A DNA stretch of 64,000 nucleotides from Squalus acanthias (taxonomy: Eukaryota): positions 95,854,001 through 95,918,000 of the forward strand of contig CM059432.1 of NCBI GenBank assembly GCA_030390025.1, in the 5' to 3' direction. A program made the translations under genes and the position numbers. The notes beneath the pieces were generated by a model. The model made no database searches. It was not told the origin of the DNA and saw only the letters and a program-made list of their open reading frames with translations. Shown one piece after another: positions 61,666-64,000 of this stretch (position 1 is its first letter; every line of letters starts with the position of its first letter).

Positions 61666-64000
61666 GGTCTAGAAATGCAAAGGTTTAGTGCGACCTGTTA
61701 CTGCCAGATTCGAGCAAAAAATTGGCTGCGACTGCTCTTCCACCCGCTGCCAGTGGGTCCCACAGCGGCTGCCATTTTGCAATGGCCGGCAGCGATGTCG
61801 ATGACTGCACTTGCTAGGGATGTGTAGATTATACAGATTGTGACGTCAGTGAGTGTGAAACGCTCACTTGACGCCCTATTTGCGAGTTTGGATTTTGCTG
61901 CTCCACTTACCAGCATGCTGTAAGTGCGATGAGCTGAGCAAGTGTTGACAAGCAGGAAGGAGGCTCAAGCAGTGGCATTTAAAGGAATCATCAACAACAA
62001 CTTGCAGCTGACGTGTTTCTCGAGTTTGACTGGCGTTGTGCAACTTTCTGCAACTCCAGCTTTATTAACTTATTGCAAGGTTCTAAGGTAACAGGGAGTG
62101 TTGGGGCAAGTGGAGACGCCTTCATTCTTATGTAAAGGCTTCTGCTCACACTTGCTCGCAGTCATGGGGGCTCTACGGGCAGTCCCCTTCATGCTTGAGT
62201 ATCTTCGGGAGAGGGAACGGAGGCAGCGAAGAAGAGGAGAAGATGCGCGCAGGGTGAGGAGGAGGAGGAGGGGCCAGGAGGCTCTCCACAGGAAGCCTTG
62301 CCCACCTGGGTCTATTTAAGCGAGGAGCAGTGTATTAGGAGGCTTCACTTCAGCAAGGAGGTGGTCACAGAACTCTGCCACCTCCTGCAACCAGACCTGC
62401 AGCCTGAGAGCAGGGCGAACACAGCTCTCCCAGTACCAGTCAAGGTCACCGTGGCCCTCAATTTCTTTGCTAGCGGATCCTTCCAGTCTGCAGCAGGAGG
62501 CATAGCTAACATCTCCCAGTTCACCGTCCATTGCTGCATCTGGGAGGTCACTGAGGCTCTCAACACCAGGAGAAGGGACTACGTTTTCTTCTCTCCGAGC
62601 AGAGAGAAGCAGAACGAGTGCACATGTGGCTTTGCCAGGATAGCGAGCTTTCCCATGTTGCAAGGCGCCATTGACTGCACACATGTGGCTTTGCGGGCGC
62701 CGTATAACAATCCTGAGATCTTTCATAACCACAAAGGCTACCACTCACTTAATGTGCAATTGGTGTGCGACCACGGCCAGCGTTTCCTGATGGTCAATGC
62801 CCACTATCTGGCAGCTGCCATGATACCTTCATCCTGCATCAGTCTGATGTGCCAGCAATCTTCCAGCCACCACATAAAACTCGAGGGTAGCTGCTCGGAG
62901 ACAAGGGCTTTCCGCTCTCCACATGGCTCATGATTCCCCTCCGCAACCCCAGCACTCATGCCCAGCACTCATATAATGAGAGTCATGTTGCCACCAGGAA
63001 CATCATCGAGCAGACCATCGGGCTGCTGAAGCACCGGTTCCGCTGCCTTGACCGCTCGGGAGGAGCTCTCCAGTACTCGGCAGAGCGGGTGTCCCATTTC
63101 GTGGTTGTCTGCTGCATGCTTCACAACTTGGCCATCACGAGGGCTCAGCCCGTGCCAGCAGGGATTGCAGGACCACATCAGGAGGAGGACGAGGGAGAGG
63201 AGGAGGAAGAGGAAAATGAGCAAGAAGAAGAGGAAAAGGACGAGGAGGGAGTGGGCCTCAACAGACTCCGATTCCAATGAAGGAAATCCCAGATCCCCGT
63301 TGCTCACCACATCCCCATCTTATCATCCCTCTGTCACAGAGTATCACACCGTCCTTCTGGGCACAAAGCTGAAATGAGATCCACCACAAAAGATTCCAAA
63401 CAAAATTCATAAATTTATCCAAAATCAATTGACACATATTTACACTTACGATATGAACTAATCACCCTTGTGTAATCCTTTTGTGCCTGTCGTTTGGGTG
63501 CCCTTTCCTGCCCTAGTGCTCCTATGAAGTGCTCCCCCAGTGGCTGCAGCATTGCTGGTGGAAGGCTGCTGAGCTTCCATGGAGGAGACTTCAGAGGGCC
63601 ATGCAGGACGACCTTGAGCAGGTCTGGCTCTCGAAGGCCCGGCTGTGGACTGCACCATATGGACATGGGCGGCAGCAGTCTGGGCTGGTTGGCTGACAGG
63701 CAGCAGCAAGGGTGGAGTGGCAGTGGTGGGAACAGGAATGCTGTCATCCTGAGAGAGGACAACAGGTTCCTGCTCCACTGACTTACTGCCAGTCCCCTGG
63801 GGCGGTGCCTCAGCATTCCTAGCAATCTGGGCTGCTGCGACACCCTGCAAGCCCCGGTCAACACTGCTAAACCCAGCCACGATGGCAGCAGTCTGAGCTT
63901 GGGTGGCATCATGCTGAGCCTGCATGAAAGTGGTCTGTGCTTCTGCTGCAGCACTAAGACATTGGGTCGCTTCTGCCTGTGCTACAATGGCAGCGCAACA
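61666..64000 (+). mobile_element. Second, degraded Harbinger element (runs off the window end)
   Basis: Left end ggtctagaaat; frameshifted transposase ~62164-63280; minus-strand Myb-partner C-terminus 63458-64000 homologous to 54591-55150. Confidence 0.9.
62164..63280 (+). pseudogene. Harbinger transposase pseudogene
   Basis: [36 protein letters not shown] in different frames with stops. Confidence 0.9.

Overview
Repeat-dense vertebrate genomic DNA, almost certainly from a shark or other cartilaginous fish (inferred from HE1-like V-SINE, DeuSINE, CR1, L2, Penelope-type and Harbinger content). The centrepiece is a 13.55-kb minus-strand LTR element (45086-58636) inserted into a CR1 LINE. It has near-identical ~1.66-kb LTRs, a tRNA-Arg-type PBS and a PPT. 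It encodes a coiled-coil+capsid+CCHC Gag and a class-I-fusion (paramyxo/pneumovirus F-like, lokiretrovirus-type) Env that carries an apparent Ig-fold domain. It has no pol: an orphan ~330-aa ORF sits in its place behind a UGA-CUAG read-through motif. A full-length PIF/Harbinger transposon (52625-56878; transposase plus spliced Myb-like gene) is inserted in gag, and many Harbinger-type MITEs are scattered through the window. One spliced host gene can be reconstructed on the + strand (exons 19627-32944): a small, probably secreted, circularly permuted NlpC/P60 (LRAT/PPPDE-like) protein. Also present are a solo LTR, a 39-bp minisatellite with a higher-order duplication, and Penelope-type hammerhead ribozyme motifs. 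All homology calls are from reading the sequence; no searches were run.
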